From Auanema rhodensis (taxonomy: Eukaryota > Animalia > Nematoda), in the NCBI GenBank assembly GCA_964057225.1, contig OZ059900.1, forward strand, positions 13,702,001 to 13,766,000: a stretch of DNA of 64,000 bases, in the 5' to 3' direction. The notes beneath the pieces are model-generated. The model did no database searches. It was not told the DNA's origin and worked only from the letters and a program-made list of their open reading frames with translations. Position numbers and translations under genes: made by a program. Below, one piece after another: positions 15,775-28,351 of this stretch. Position 1 is the first letter of the stretch. Every line of letters begins with the position of its first letter.

Positions 15775-16526
15775 ATGATTAGACACCGAAGGCCGTATGT
15801 GCTTTCGGAAGATAGGAAACGTCTACTAGTAAGATTTAGGTGATTATATTGTTTATTATATTTATATAAATAATATTTTCTTATAGGAATGTGTTTTTGG
15901 GTGATGCAGAATTAGCCAACTTGGAGGGATATGATTTAATGGATAAGGTATTTTAACAATATTGACTAAATTTTAGACTGCCATTTTAGATTGGTTATAT
16001 GAATGAGGAAAGTGAAGCTCGTATTAGAGCTATTCTTGAACGTTTTGAGACCCCGGAAGAAAAAGCTGCCGAAGAAAGAGCAAAAGCGGAAGAAATTCAT
16101 CGTCGCAACGAGCAATTGAGAGCATTAGGAATTAATCCAGATGAGCCTATTGAAGACGAAGAAGAGCCTGATATTTTCGAACCTGATCCCGATGATGATT
16201 CCTCCGAATATTCCGATACAGATAATGAAATTGCCGAAGGTTCCGATAACATTGTGGAAGAGGATAGTCGAAATTGTTGATAATTCGATTGTCCTTCTGA
16301 AATATAGCTATACATTTTTAGTCTCTGGTGTTTCGCATGATGAAGAAGAAACTGACGACAATGATGTTGAGGAAGACATGGAAGTCATGGACGAAGAGGT
16401 TACTTTAAAATGTTTTAAATACACGATTAATAGTTTATCTTGCAGTTGGAAGTGAAACGTTTGCCCATGCGTGATCTGACGCACAATTTCAAGTACAATA
16501 GGAATAATACTCAACAGCGGCAGTAA
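15775..16526 (+). CDS. Unknown acidic protein, ~5 exons
   Basis: Spliced ORF MIRHRRPYVLSEDRKRLLVRFR|NVFLGDAELANLEGYDLMDK|IGYMNEESEARIRAILERFETPEEKAAEE...(D/E-rich)...DEE|LEVKRLPMRDLTHNFKYNRNNTQQRQ*. Short GT-AG introns; the donor of intron 3 is ambiguous. Confidence 0.65.
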
Positions 16527-17330
16527 CATCATCATATACAATGCATTCCATCCAGACTACTTTGCTCTACTTGTAACGAGCACAACCTTCATATCTGTAA
16601 GGATTTCCTTTCTTCTTTCTCAGATATTCTATTATCCTTGACACAGAACCTACCTAGTAGCAACCTATATTGAACTAAAAAGATCTTTTTTTTCTTTTTT
16701 TTCTTTTTGTTTACTTCAAGTTTCATAAGAAAAATATAATTTATATATTTAATAATATCTATCTTTGCCAATAATTAATATAAAATTTTATTTTTGTATT
16801 GTTATACTACATAAGTTAATAACCAATATAACTTATTGAAAAAGAAATGTATCATACACTAGTATAATCATTTTGGTTATCTTATCTTCTTTGATTCGAA
16901 AGTAAAATAAAAGAAATGAAAATCCACGATTTGTCGCTGACATTCATGGCCAATCTGGAGTTGATAGCAAATGCATAACAATATAAAGTTATCATTATCT
17001 CAAACATAAAATAGATGATAAGACTGTGCTAATACGCCACGTTATAACACGTTGCGAGAACTACTATACCGTTTCATGATCATTTTGTATCTTATCTAGA
17101 GACATTTAATTGAAAAACAGACACGTGACCAGATAAAGATAATAGCCTAATGCGTTTCAAACACAAATTACCTCGACATACCTTTACAGCCTTTTTACTT
17201 TTAAAATTAATAAATATGCTATGCTAGCAATGAATTGTTTCTTATTCGTTTACAATATTTTGAACAGTAAAAACTTTTATAATAAAAAATCGAATAGCAT
17301 CCCATCTAATTTTCTAAGCTACAGACAATA

Positions 17331-18808
17331 ATGTTGGTTCTCGCACTTGTAACATTAGCTGTTTTATCGAACAGCGCATTTGCATTTTCCTGTAAAGATC
17401 AGAATAATAAAGATGTCGACTGGTAATATCTATTTGGATAACTGTCTTCAACATTCTTAGATGTTTTTTAGGTTTGCGGTTTATAAGATGCCGACGGAGA
17501 AAGAAAACTCCGCTAATGGGATCTCTGGTGGCACAGCATTCTACTACGTAGATTCAAACATTAAAGGAGCTTTGAAAGCGTCGAAAGAAACATTAGATTC
17601 AAAAGAGCAAGCTATCGCTTATACTTTACAACAATTTTATGATCGGCAAAAAGATAATTCAGTATTTCATGTTATGTATAATGATGAGGTAATATACTAA
17701 CATTTTTGAATTTTTATGCAAAATATACTTGCAACTGTTTCAGCCTTATAATGAAACAGCATCATTATCTTATAAGATGCGCGAAAATCTTATGCGAGCA
17801 AACCGTCTCTCTGAAGCTGCTTCAATTCAATTTGGCCATACTAAAGGTAGAATGTGTAAATGTTTCTAATACTAAAATTATTTTTCAGGTGTTTCATTTT
17901 TCGATTCAGCCAAAGGTGTTTGGCTTGTTCACAGCGTTCCCAAATTTCCACCCCCAAATCATTACGCTTATCCTAAGTCAGGCCATGATTACGGGCAAAC
18001 CATGCTTTGCATGTCTTTCAAATATGCTGAACTGAAGAAAATTGGTAAATGGAATAATCGAAACATATTAACTGAATCGAAAGTTTAGGTACACAATTGT
18101 TCTATAATCATCCTGATATTTATTCCTCAAATCTTCCTTCTTCAATGGCTGCTGCAAATCCTGATTTAGTTTCGGTAATCAGAAAAGCTTTTGATGTAGC
18201 AGTTCTTACAATCCTTTTCTAGCTCATTGCAGGAAAATATAAGCAAGGAGGAACCCCTTCTAGTATTACTACATTGCAAACTGTCGGTGGTGCTACATTC
18301 ACTTCATTTGCTAAAACTCATGAACTTAACCACGGTATTATCACATTTTGCTTTTTTTTTAAATTTAATTTATGACAGATTTGTATGACCAACTGATTGC
18401 CCCCACTCTAAAAGTAAATTTGAAAGTAGAAACATGGAGACGCGGAGGCGAAGTTCCACTTAGTTGCAAAAATCAGTACCACGCTTTAGATGCTCAAAAT
18501 ATCAAGGTGATATAAATTAGATTATTCATTGTAATGCATCAATCTTTATCACAGGTCGGAGCTAGCTCTCAGTTCAAGTACACTAAAGATCATTCTAAAT
18601 GGGCTAGATCTATGGATGCATCCAAGCCATACATATGTATTGGAGATATTAATAGAATGGCAAGTTATGAAATATCCACAACTCTATTTGATTTTTATTA
18701 ATATAGACATCACAATTTGTTCGAGGTGGAGGAAGTGAATGCATTAGTAGCTCATTTTTATGGAATGCATTCAACGTCATTGAAGACACAAATCAATGTA
18801 CTGTATAA
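17331..18808 (+). CDS. nuc-1: Deoxyribonuclease II (NUC-1), 9 exons
   Basis: Signal peptide then FSCKDQNNKDVDWFAVYKMP...QAIAYTLQQFY...FGHTKG...WLVHSVPKFP...HDYGQTMLC...VETWRRG...KDHSKW...CIGDINRMTSQFVRGGG. Both HxK catalytic motifs are present; the last intron is GC-AG. Confidence 0.95.
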
Positions 18809-19402
18809 TATATTTGTGAAACAAAAATAAAATATTTACTTAGATAATAATTTTGATAATTTACAATTAGTTTCATATTTGATTTGAACTAATTCATCAA
18901 ATTTGGTTCCGATTTCGTCATTAAACTTATGAACTTGTTTCTTTACTGACCTTAAATTAAATAATTTGTTTTTACAAGATTATAACAAATTATTTGAAAA
19001 CATTTGTCTTATTTTTCTGGTTTTCATAAACCCTTGACCTTTTTGACCACAACAAAAGGCTATATTAGAAATTACTATGATTTTCGTCTGTTTGGAAAAA
19101 GAATACTGCTTAAAAATTGTGGTAAACAACATTTCTCGAAGTGCTTTTTGAAACAAGCTGTAAAAACATTGCAAATCGTTGCAAAATATAACAAAATATG
19201 TATTCTATTGTGTTACAGCAATCTTGTTAACTCAAAAGTTATGAAAAACTTAATTTGAAGATTTGATGTTTATGAGCACGAACATAACAAGAAATTACAG
19301 ATAAAAGATGTTAGAGATCAATTTATTTTGTTTTTCAAATGATGATAATGACGATGATGATAATACAAAAGATGCAGAACTAGATGTTATGTTTATATTC
19401 CT

Positions 19403-19763
19403 TTACTGTTTCTTTGATGCCAGTTTAAAGTCACTGTATAAATTCTTGATGAAATGCATTGGAACACAATCATAGAATCCCATACTTTCAGCTTCTTTGA
19501 TGATGAAGTTCATTAAAACGGTACTCTAAAAAAAGTTATGAAGGAAAATATATCTTTGATAGTATTACCTCTTGAGTTGGTGTCAGATCATTTTGAGCTC
19601 TTTTGAGCATTATTCCACGACATGCTGGTGCAAACGAAAATTTACTGAAATGAAAAATATTTTTAAATTTAGTTCTTAATAGCTGGAAATACCGGCAATC
19701 TAAGCCATGAGCAACGCTGATGAATAGAAGTACAGCAGAAACGAAGAAAATACGCGCAAACAT
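19403..19763 (-). CDS. snet-1: Elevenin/L11-type neuropeptide precursor SNET-1 (3 exons)
   Basis: Signal peptide MFARIFFVSAVLLFISVAHG followed by LDCR|KFSFAPACRGIML-KR, matching the recalled C. elegans SNET-1 mature peptide. Confidence 0.92.
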
Positions 19764-21997
19764 TTTCACTATGAGAACAGAAGCGACTGAATGAAAAAGC
19801 AGAAGCTGAAACTTGAGTTTATATAGAGAAATTTGAAGACAAAAATAATATATTGAGACTTGAAATTGAATTAAATGGCAGATAGTTGTCATGGTAAATT
19901 AGCTATATCATATGTATATGAATATTTAATTAATAATATGCATTTCTTTTTTATAGTTTAAGGCAGTACACTGCTGAGATGAAAATTGGAAAAGAAAGTT
20001 TGTTAAAAGTAATATTGAATATTTTATAGAATAATTAAGTTTTAAGTTGAGGAAGTAAATCATGTTGAAGCACATAGCTCTTTACAAATGCTTGATACAT
20101 TCTTAGCTAATCTTATAAGACTATATAAGTCAGAAAGGGATGTATTAAATCAGTTCTGTTATGCTCCAATTTGCTTAAGGGCACATACTTTACTTTTCGT
20201 CACCTAATCTTGTCTTAGTTCCCATAGCGTTTTAACTCTTTAGGTTAGATATAACTAAGCTACATAAATCTCATGTACGTTATAGAGCTAATAAGCGCAT
20301 TTGCAAACACAAATCTCACATTTGAAGAAAAATAAATAAAAGATGAAAAGTTTAATTTACTAAGGAATTCTAAAAAAAACTATAATGATACATAATAATG
20401 TTTCTGAAATACGCTTTCATATTAGACAAAGCTGAATTGATAGAAAATGTTTTTCAATATGTCAATGTTTTCAGAGAGAAGATTTTTAATTAAGAGAATG
20501 AACAAAAAATCTTATTTTCACAATAAACTATTGACATTATGCAGATATTGATGTCATTCTACTACTTCATTTATATTCTCAGAAACCGTACAAAATTAAA
20601 CTTTTCATATACTGGAAATGTTTTTTTTTTGAAAACTTCATGCTTTCAAATTTGAAAATTTTACTCAAAATTTTTAATCTGTTTAGTTTTTTACTGAAAA
20701 ATAATTATTCTCATTTTCTAATAGTTTAATTTCTCGTAATACAATAATTGATTGAGTTGTTGTAAACACTTTCTAAAAATCTCAGAATCATGTAACGAAT
20801 TGACAAAATTCATGCTGTAGCGCTGATACTTAATAATTTTACTTCATTTTACTATTGAAAACTTTGAAATCTGAAAAATAACAGTTTATACACACTTTTT
20901 AGACATTGTTCGTTTCGACTGATTTGTTTTGTATCATGCAATGTTGATCAAATATTGAGTTCAACTCACTTCGAGCATATTTAAAACATTTAAAATTCTC
21001 AAATAATCAATCAAGTAGTTTATTTTTCTAAAATTCGTCTTTAATGTTGTTGTCTATAATGTTTTTTGGATTACGCTGAAGCTGTACAACCAACTCCAAC
21101 GGCAGTACTTAATTTTATTTTCAATATTTGAATTGTAACCTCTATTTCTTTAATGAAATAATTTTATTTTGAATTCCCCATGAACACCGCACTAAAATAT
21201 TTTTAAAAAACGTAGAGAAAACTTGTAGAATCGTTGAAGCATTTTAACATGTGACGCATTTTTTTTAAAAAACGAAATTACACCTGCTGTCGTAAATTTA
21301 CATTTATATAATGATTTTTAAATGTTTTCTATCCTCAATACAACACATAATTCGACTAAAATGCATAATAAAAAATGTGATAACCAGCTATTCGGCATAA
21401 AATATCAATTTATATGAATATTCCAATTTTTGCTCGTCAAATCGAGGAGATCTGTGTATTTGCGTATATGGGTGCAAAGCGTAGGAATAATCAATATTCC
21501 AGGCGTTGTATGACTACTAAATAAGATGTTTAATTGCTATAAGAAATGACAAGCTGCGAAAATTAAAATAAGATTGAGTGTTTCATCATTATATACAGTT
21601 TGACAGTTTTTAATTTATTAATTTATTCTATATTAGCTATCGTTCAGTTCAAATCTAAATTTACTCAATATATTACGTGCTTCTTTCGACCTATTACTGG
21701 TACAATTTATTGATTCTACAATCAATATGCTTATTTATACATTCGGTTGAAACGTGAAAGTACTTGTGACACATCCTGTTCTTGTTCATACAATGCATAT
21801 TACTTTTATTGACTTTTAGAATCTTTGCTATAATTCTAACATATTTTAGTTTATACTTTAAATAAGACGAATTCATGATTATTGATCTACATGGTAACCC
21901 CGAATAATTTTTTGGTTTCAAAAGGTATTATTTCGTTTATTTTCACAAAATTATATGCTTATTATGTTTTCTATCATTAATTAGATCTGAGAAAACC

Positions 21998-23892
21998 ATG
22001 ATGCAAAGGCAACCAGCCAGAAAGCGATGTGTATGTATCGAAGAACTTATCAAGCGCATTGCTAATTTACGGAGATTAGATATTGACTCAGGTATCATAT
22101 TCGTTGTGGTGATTGTGTTTGTACAAATTAGGTTATAAACTCAGAACAAGATTGGGAACTTATAGCTAATAAAGAATTCAAATGGTCGGAACTGTTTGTG
22201 ACATTTATTCTTGATACGGTAGCATGTCAAGGAGACAAGTGCTTGGGTATTCACAATTACTTCAATGTAAAAAAAATTTAATTTTCAGCTCATTCCGATG
22301 ACATGATATGGTACGTCAACAAATCTTCTTTTACGGATTCATTCTATTTAAGTGGAAGAATGGTATGTGTCATTCACGTCTTGTTATTCATCGAAATATT
22401 TCAATACAGACAACTCCTAAAATTGAAGTATTTCGTCGACATAGCAAAAATCAACCGACGGTTGCGGATAAAGCTTATAGCTGGGAAGAAACTGTTTGCT
22501 TAAACTTAATTCTTCAGCAAGTATGTTAAAGACATGTTTATGCATTTACACGACTTACTTTCAGCTAGACTTCTTTGTTACATGTGCTGTTTGCACCAAA
22601 ACTAGTCCATCAAATTTGCAAATTATTCGAAAAATATGTAAACCGGTAAATGTTTTTAATTTTTTTCATTTTTACTCTGTAATTGTGTATAGGTTTTTCC
22701 TTCGCCAAGTCGTCGAAGAATGGATAGTAAAGGAGATAGTGAAGAAATCACTTATCCAAAACTATATTTTGCCATAGATGGTTTTGAAGAAGTTACTAGT
22801 GATTATAGTTTGTAAACTTACCCTTATTTATTCCAGGTTTTTAATGACGTTATTATTCGAGATGGAGAGTGCGTATGCGTGGAATTAGTTGCAAGAGATC
22901 GTCAACACTTCCGGGAGGCAGTTATATTTCTAGGATCAATTCGTTACGGGATTTTGCAACAAGTATACGATACTAAGGTATTTTTGTGATATGCAACGAA
23001 AAAATAGAATACACTTATCTCAGACATCATCTAAATGGAATTGGACTTCTAGATGGTCAAAGAGTGAGCGTCGTCAAGAATTTGTACGTATGCGGGGACC
23101 ACACGGGAAGGTAACTCAAATTTTCAACCATCAACCTATAAATGCTGTTTTTTGAAACAAAAAAAAAAACAAATACATTTGATATAATTTTTAATTTTGT
23201 GATTTAAAGGGATATGCCGAAATGGCTGTGTCACCGTTAGCAAACTATGGAAATCCTACTCCACTTACTGAATCGACTTCGGATTCCATTCAGAATTCTG
23301 TTGTGAGTCGAATAATTATCAATTAGCATTTTAATTCATAACCAGGTTTTTTTAAACAAAAAATGATTTAGTTTGAGAAATCGATGGGCAGAAGACGAAT
23401 GTCTGAAACTAATCTGAATGCTTCTATGACAACAAGTACTTCAATACATAAAGTGAGTGTGTTGTCTACGTTCAAATTTTACAATTTTAAATTATAGAAT
23501 CCAAGATGGCAAAGTGAATCTGATACAATGGATAAATTTGCTGAGGTTGATGGCCAGAATTTAGAAGATGGTTTGATATTTTGCAAAACAATTTGTTTGA
23601 TAAATGTTCGAAATATTTTAAAGATTTGGATGAAGTGTTAGTTTCAAAACTATGGACTGCTCGAGGTGTGGGACAAGCTTGGCATTGGTTGCGAGAAAAG
23701 AAACGAGCTGATTGCGCACCATTACATGCTTTCTTAACATATGTTACACTTCCATGGTCTAGTATCTTAGAAGGCATAGTTCATACCGTATAATGAAATT
23801 TTTGAATAATGCTTTCAGATCTACTAAGTAATCAACCTCGCACTCCTATCCTTACTTTTGAAGTCCCGAGAAGCGAAGACGGACGAACCTGA
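21998..23892 (+). CDS. KIAA0930/DUF2045 family protein, 12 exons
   Basis: DDMIWYV...EVFRRHSK...[24 protein letters not shown]...VFPSPSRRRMDSKG...TYPKLYFAIDGFEEVF...DGECVCVELVA...IFLGSIRY...EFVRMRGPHGKGYAEMAV...AFLTYVTLPW. The last intron is GC-AG. Confidence 0.88.
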
Positions 23893-25826
23893 TTTTGTGA
23901 AAGCAAGAAATTTTCTAATTCTCCTTATTAATAATCATCTATCAGATATATTTATTCCATATATAATTCAGAAATGAGGATTTTAAAAAAATTCTCAGAA
24001 ATCATCAGAAACATTGTATAATAGTCTGAAAAATTTAAATCTTGCCAGGTTTCATCAAAACATTATGCAGCTTTACATTAATTGCTAACTAAGAACAATG
24101 CGGTCAATGGGCAGTGCGTTCAATCAGAGATGAACAGCAGTGCGATCAAACATTGATATGTTTCTTTTACTTAATCTATGTTTGAATTGTCTTTTATCAT
24201 CATCAAAAATTCACTACTATCTTTGCTTTATCAAATCTTTTTGTCTTTTATAAAATGTTATAATGTTCAGTTTAATATCACAGATGTAAATATTAATAGC
24301 TCAGTATATGATTCTGATATAACTCAAGCTGAAAAGAGCCTAATATTTGTGAAAATTCATAAGAAAAAGCTCTTGTTTCTCATTAAATTGGCTTTTTATT
24401 CTCTCTATTTTCTCATCAATGTAAAATGAAAATTCTAACATTCTTCATGAAACAAGCTTTTTCTACTATCGAAAAAGCTACACACTTCCTAAAGATTTTT
24501 TTCCATTGCTTAAAATATCTCATCCCAACAAATGAGAAAATGAATTCAAAGATATTGCAAACCTCATAAATCAGGGAGATCTGAGAATTTACGAGTTGAA
24601 AAATTTATCTCAAGAAAACATTACCAAGCACATCATCAATTTAGTGTCTGGCTAGCGATACTTTTTTCTTTTGCCACCCTTGCTGAAGGTAAAGAAAAAT
24701 ATTCACATTCAAAAACAGATTGCAGGAAATTCGAAGAAGCGAGATGCTTTTTTTCTGGAAAATAGCCTCGGGAAAGAAGAATAATGATGATATAATATGT
24801 GTAGTTGAAATTATGACTTTTGTTTATGAGGAAAGTTTAAGCTTCTCTCTTACTTACTCTCTTATTACACAGAATAAGAGAAAAAAGAGAAAGCTCGATG
24901 AATACATTTACGTTTTATTATGCCGAACTTACTCTTCAGATCCTTTTTTTTGTTCTTTTCTCTTCATTTTTTCTTTTATCTCTTTGCAGAAGCTCAATTC
25001 TCCACCTAGTATCGAATCACCACTTAAACTTGTGAGCCATCAAACGCCCACGGCTGCTTTAAACTCTCTTAATGACGATCACTCATCACAAATTAGAAAA
25101 GAAAGCTGTTTCACAGTTCCTTAGTAATGTCTTCTTCAAATGTCTTATTTCACTATCAAGCATCCTTTTCTGGAAAGTCTACTGGGTGTACTGTAAATAT
25201 CACATCTTATTCTATAAACTTGAAATGCTTAAAGAAGATATCAGATACTAAGTCTGTTCCTTTATTTCGCATAAGGCTCACCTAGTCTTTTTCTATTTCT
25301 GAATTTTTTATCAAAACTTTTTTATTTTAAAGTATTCAAAAAGTGAAAACATGTCTTATCATTTCTAATTATTCTTTTTCGCATCTCCAGAACACATTAC
25401 TGCTTCCTGGCTTAGAAATCGAGATCTCATTTAAAACAGACTTTTAAGACACAAGGCTGTAAAGTTGGCATCTGTCTAAACGGACTATTGGCCGATCATT
25501 ATATTTGATTCTGACAGCCTGCTCTCGTTCAGGATTTTCGTCTCAGTTTTATTTCATCTGTCACTCCCACCCTTCGCTTTCTCTCCTTACTTAACTTCTC
25601 GTTCTCCGAACTAATAACGCTCTCGAATCAACTCATCAGTGCACAGCCATTATACTTGCTGGTTAATATGCTATCAGTTAACATTGCTACACATATATTT
25701 TACATATATATATGCTCTGTTTCTCATTTATCTTAGTACATTTTTCTTTTCGAGTGAAAAAAAATTTTTTTTTTAGAATCTTTTTGAAATAATTTTGATA
25801 GAATATTGTAGGTAATTGTTAGAATC

Positions 25827-26648
25827 ATGGCTCCCCCAACCATATACGGAGAACCAAAAATTCGTTCTGAGGCTTCTGGAGTATTTTTGGAGGTTGACTG
25901 CTGAGTATTGTTTGTTTATTTTATTTTTGTTCATGTAGGTATTGGTAACCGGATCTGACCCAACCAAAACTAAATGGTTTTTTGGAGAGAAAGAACTTGA
26001 GCAAAACCGCAACTTCATCTTCTCATTCACAGACGAGGGTGGAAACCGTAAGAAACTTATATGCCAAATAAAGGTTTTTTATTGATAACTTCACATTTGC
26101 TTTCAATTCTCTCAATTTCAAGGATTTCGATAAGCCATTAGCTGGAGCCTACAAGGCTGTTTTTTATTCCTCCGATGGAGAAAATAGCGCTAGCTTCACA
26201 GTCACAGCTGGCGGTAAGACTTTTCAAAGCTTTCGAAACAGAAAATTTTCATTTAAGAAGCACCTGACTTTTATGACAAACCTCATATCGTTCAACGTGA
26301 CAATGGAAACATCATTGTTATTAAAGTTAGAGCAAAATCTCATTTGGAAATGAAATGCGAATGGTTCAAGGTATGTAATTGTACACGTTTTTGATAATAA
26401 ATTATTTAATTCAGGATGATAAACAAGTCAAATACAATGATAGAGTTAAATCCGTTGTTAAGCAAGATGATAAGGTTTTTTATTTCAAATCTTTATAAAA
26501 TTCAAACCAATACTTACAGGACAAGGAAGGCTTCCAGTTTTTGCTAGAAATCACAGGACCAACTAAGGAAGACGAGGCTAGATATAAGTGCGTTGTTGAA
26601 AACTCTGAAGGAAAAAACCAACAATCTCTCAACCTTGTTTTCGATTAA
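25827..26648 (+). CDS. zig-12: Intracellular two-Ig-domain protein (DIM-1-like / ZIG-12-like), 6 exons
   Basis: MAPPTIYGEPKIRS...FLEVLVTGSD...DEGGNRK...FDKPLAGAYKAVF...APDFYDKPHIVQRDNGNIIVIKVRAKSHLEMKCEWFKDDK...LLEITGP...YKCVVENSEGKNQQSLNLVFD*. Missed by the ORF track because the exons are short. Confidence 0.82.
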
Positions 26649-28351
26649 GAGATCATTCTCCTTTTTCTAAAACTCCAAATAATTCGTCAAGAAATGTTTC
26701 ATATATTATGACTTATAGTTTCTTTTAATGTTTTTTTTTAATTTTATGTTTATTAGAATAACTTTAGATTTTTATTTTCGATTCTAGAAATGTTTAAAGT
26801 GTTTTTCTCTATTTTTGAATTTTTATTACTATTTTCATAAATGTTGTCTTTACTGAAATAATTTTCATCTGAGTAACACGGAAATAACTTCACATCCCAT
26901 ACAACAAATAGGTTTGATCATTTAAACCGCAGAGCTCTGCAAATGTCAATGAAAATCTCTTTCTTTTTATTGCGATTTTTTTTTAAATTTACAATATTAC
27001 AAATAGACTTTAGTGAAATCATTTTACATCATTCTCAACGACAATTCATAGAACGATTTGCAAGCTTTCACATCATATTGAAGGTAATAAAATTGTTGTA
27101 AAAGAAGCCAGCTGCTGAAACACATAATCTGGATGAAATGGGAAATACATTTCAAACTGAACTATCAATGAACCGAAAACATCCTTTCTGTTTCTATTGC
27201 TAGTTTCTCTTAAATTTATTTTAACCATTTACTATCTGTGGACAATGGGATGAAGTTAAAAAATTTTTAATAATTAGTTGGGATATGCATACTATGAAGT
27301 GGGATTTACGGAAAAATATAAAAAATTTCAACAATGCTAAACATAGTCTCATTTATTTCAACACTTTCCCCTATTTATTTTATTACTCTCTGAGAAATAC
27401 TGAGAGAGTAATAAATTAAAAACTCGTAAACATTTCTTCATATTCTTCATTTCTTTAGTTAGGCAGATGTGGTTTCAGTTTTGGTTGCTGTGAAAGAACA
27501 TAATGCATCTGAAATTCCGTCTTTTTATTGTCTCTCCTTATTCCTTATCCTATTTTTGAAACTTTTTACGTTCAAATTAACTAAAATCTGGCACTATCAT
27601 GTCTAGAAAGAGAGTCAATTAAATCAAGTATTCGTTATTTAATTCACTTTAAGAGTGAGAAATTGCACTCTCTCTCGATGAAAGTACCGTTTGTTAATCA
27701 GGACTGATAATACATATTGAGTTTGAATTCCTCTGTGGTATTTTTTCTAAAATAGTAAATGAACATTCATTTATCAACGTATGAGGCCTATAAGCCTAGA
27801 GCTCTCGTTTTTCTTTGCTTTTGATATATATCTTCTTCCATTCCATCTGATTTCATTGTAAAATAAATAGAACAATTATATCTTTGGATTTTTTTTAGTT
27901 TCAAAGAACCAAATTGCTTGATAACAGAAATATCAACAAGGGATTAAATTATTCAGAATTGTTGAAATATATTTTGATTTCTCAAAAATGTGTCAAAAAA
28001 AAATAATAAGACACAGTTAGAAAGTAGATAGATGAAAAATCAATTTTATTTTGTCCAGTTCTAAAACCACTTCGTTGCTCAATATCAATAAAGCGCTTGA
28101 AATGGAAATAATTTAACCTTTACACGTAACGAGATACGTTCATACTGTCAATTAGTTGTTCCTTTTCCAAGCTAGCGAATTTGCTTCAGCTTTCAAAGAA
28201 CTATACACACTCGAAGTTCCTGACCTCTCAGCTTGAAGGAGAAAATCTTAGAAGTGGAAATAATGTTGTTAGCAACTGCAGACACCTACACGGCCCAAAT
28301 GTACAATCCGTTTTAGGAAGCTAGCCATATATTACTTAGGCCCAACTCCCA

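Noticed and set aside
12587-18808. Possible operon of three co-oriented genes (PRPSAP, acidic protein, nuc-1)
   Set aside because: Stop-to-start gaps are ~800-870 nt, and the PRPSAP AATAAA (15081) lies ~700 nt before the next gene, far more than the ~100 nt typical of SL2 operons.
20081-20308. Degenerate inverted ends (tttacaaatgc / gcatttgcaaa) suggesting a MITE
   Set aside because: Only about 11 bp with a mismatch in AT-rich DNA; no TSD or second copy seen.
24575-25029. Exon-like blocks (hydrophobic VWLAILFSFATLAE|gtaaag and a ttgcag acceptor near 24989)
   Set aside because: No in-frame ATG, and the spliced product stops within a few codons. At most these are non-coding exons.
27461-27512. 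miR-34-like string aggcagatgtggtttcagttttggttg
   Set aside because: The seed is interrupted (GGCAGAT versus GGCAGTG) and the hairpin pairing is poor.
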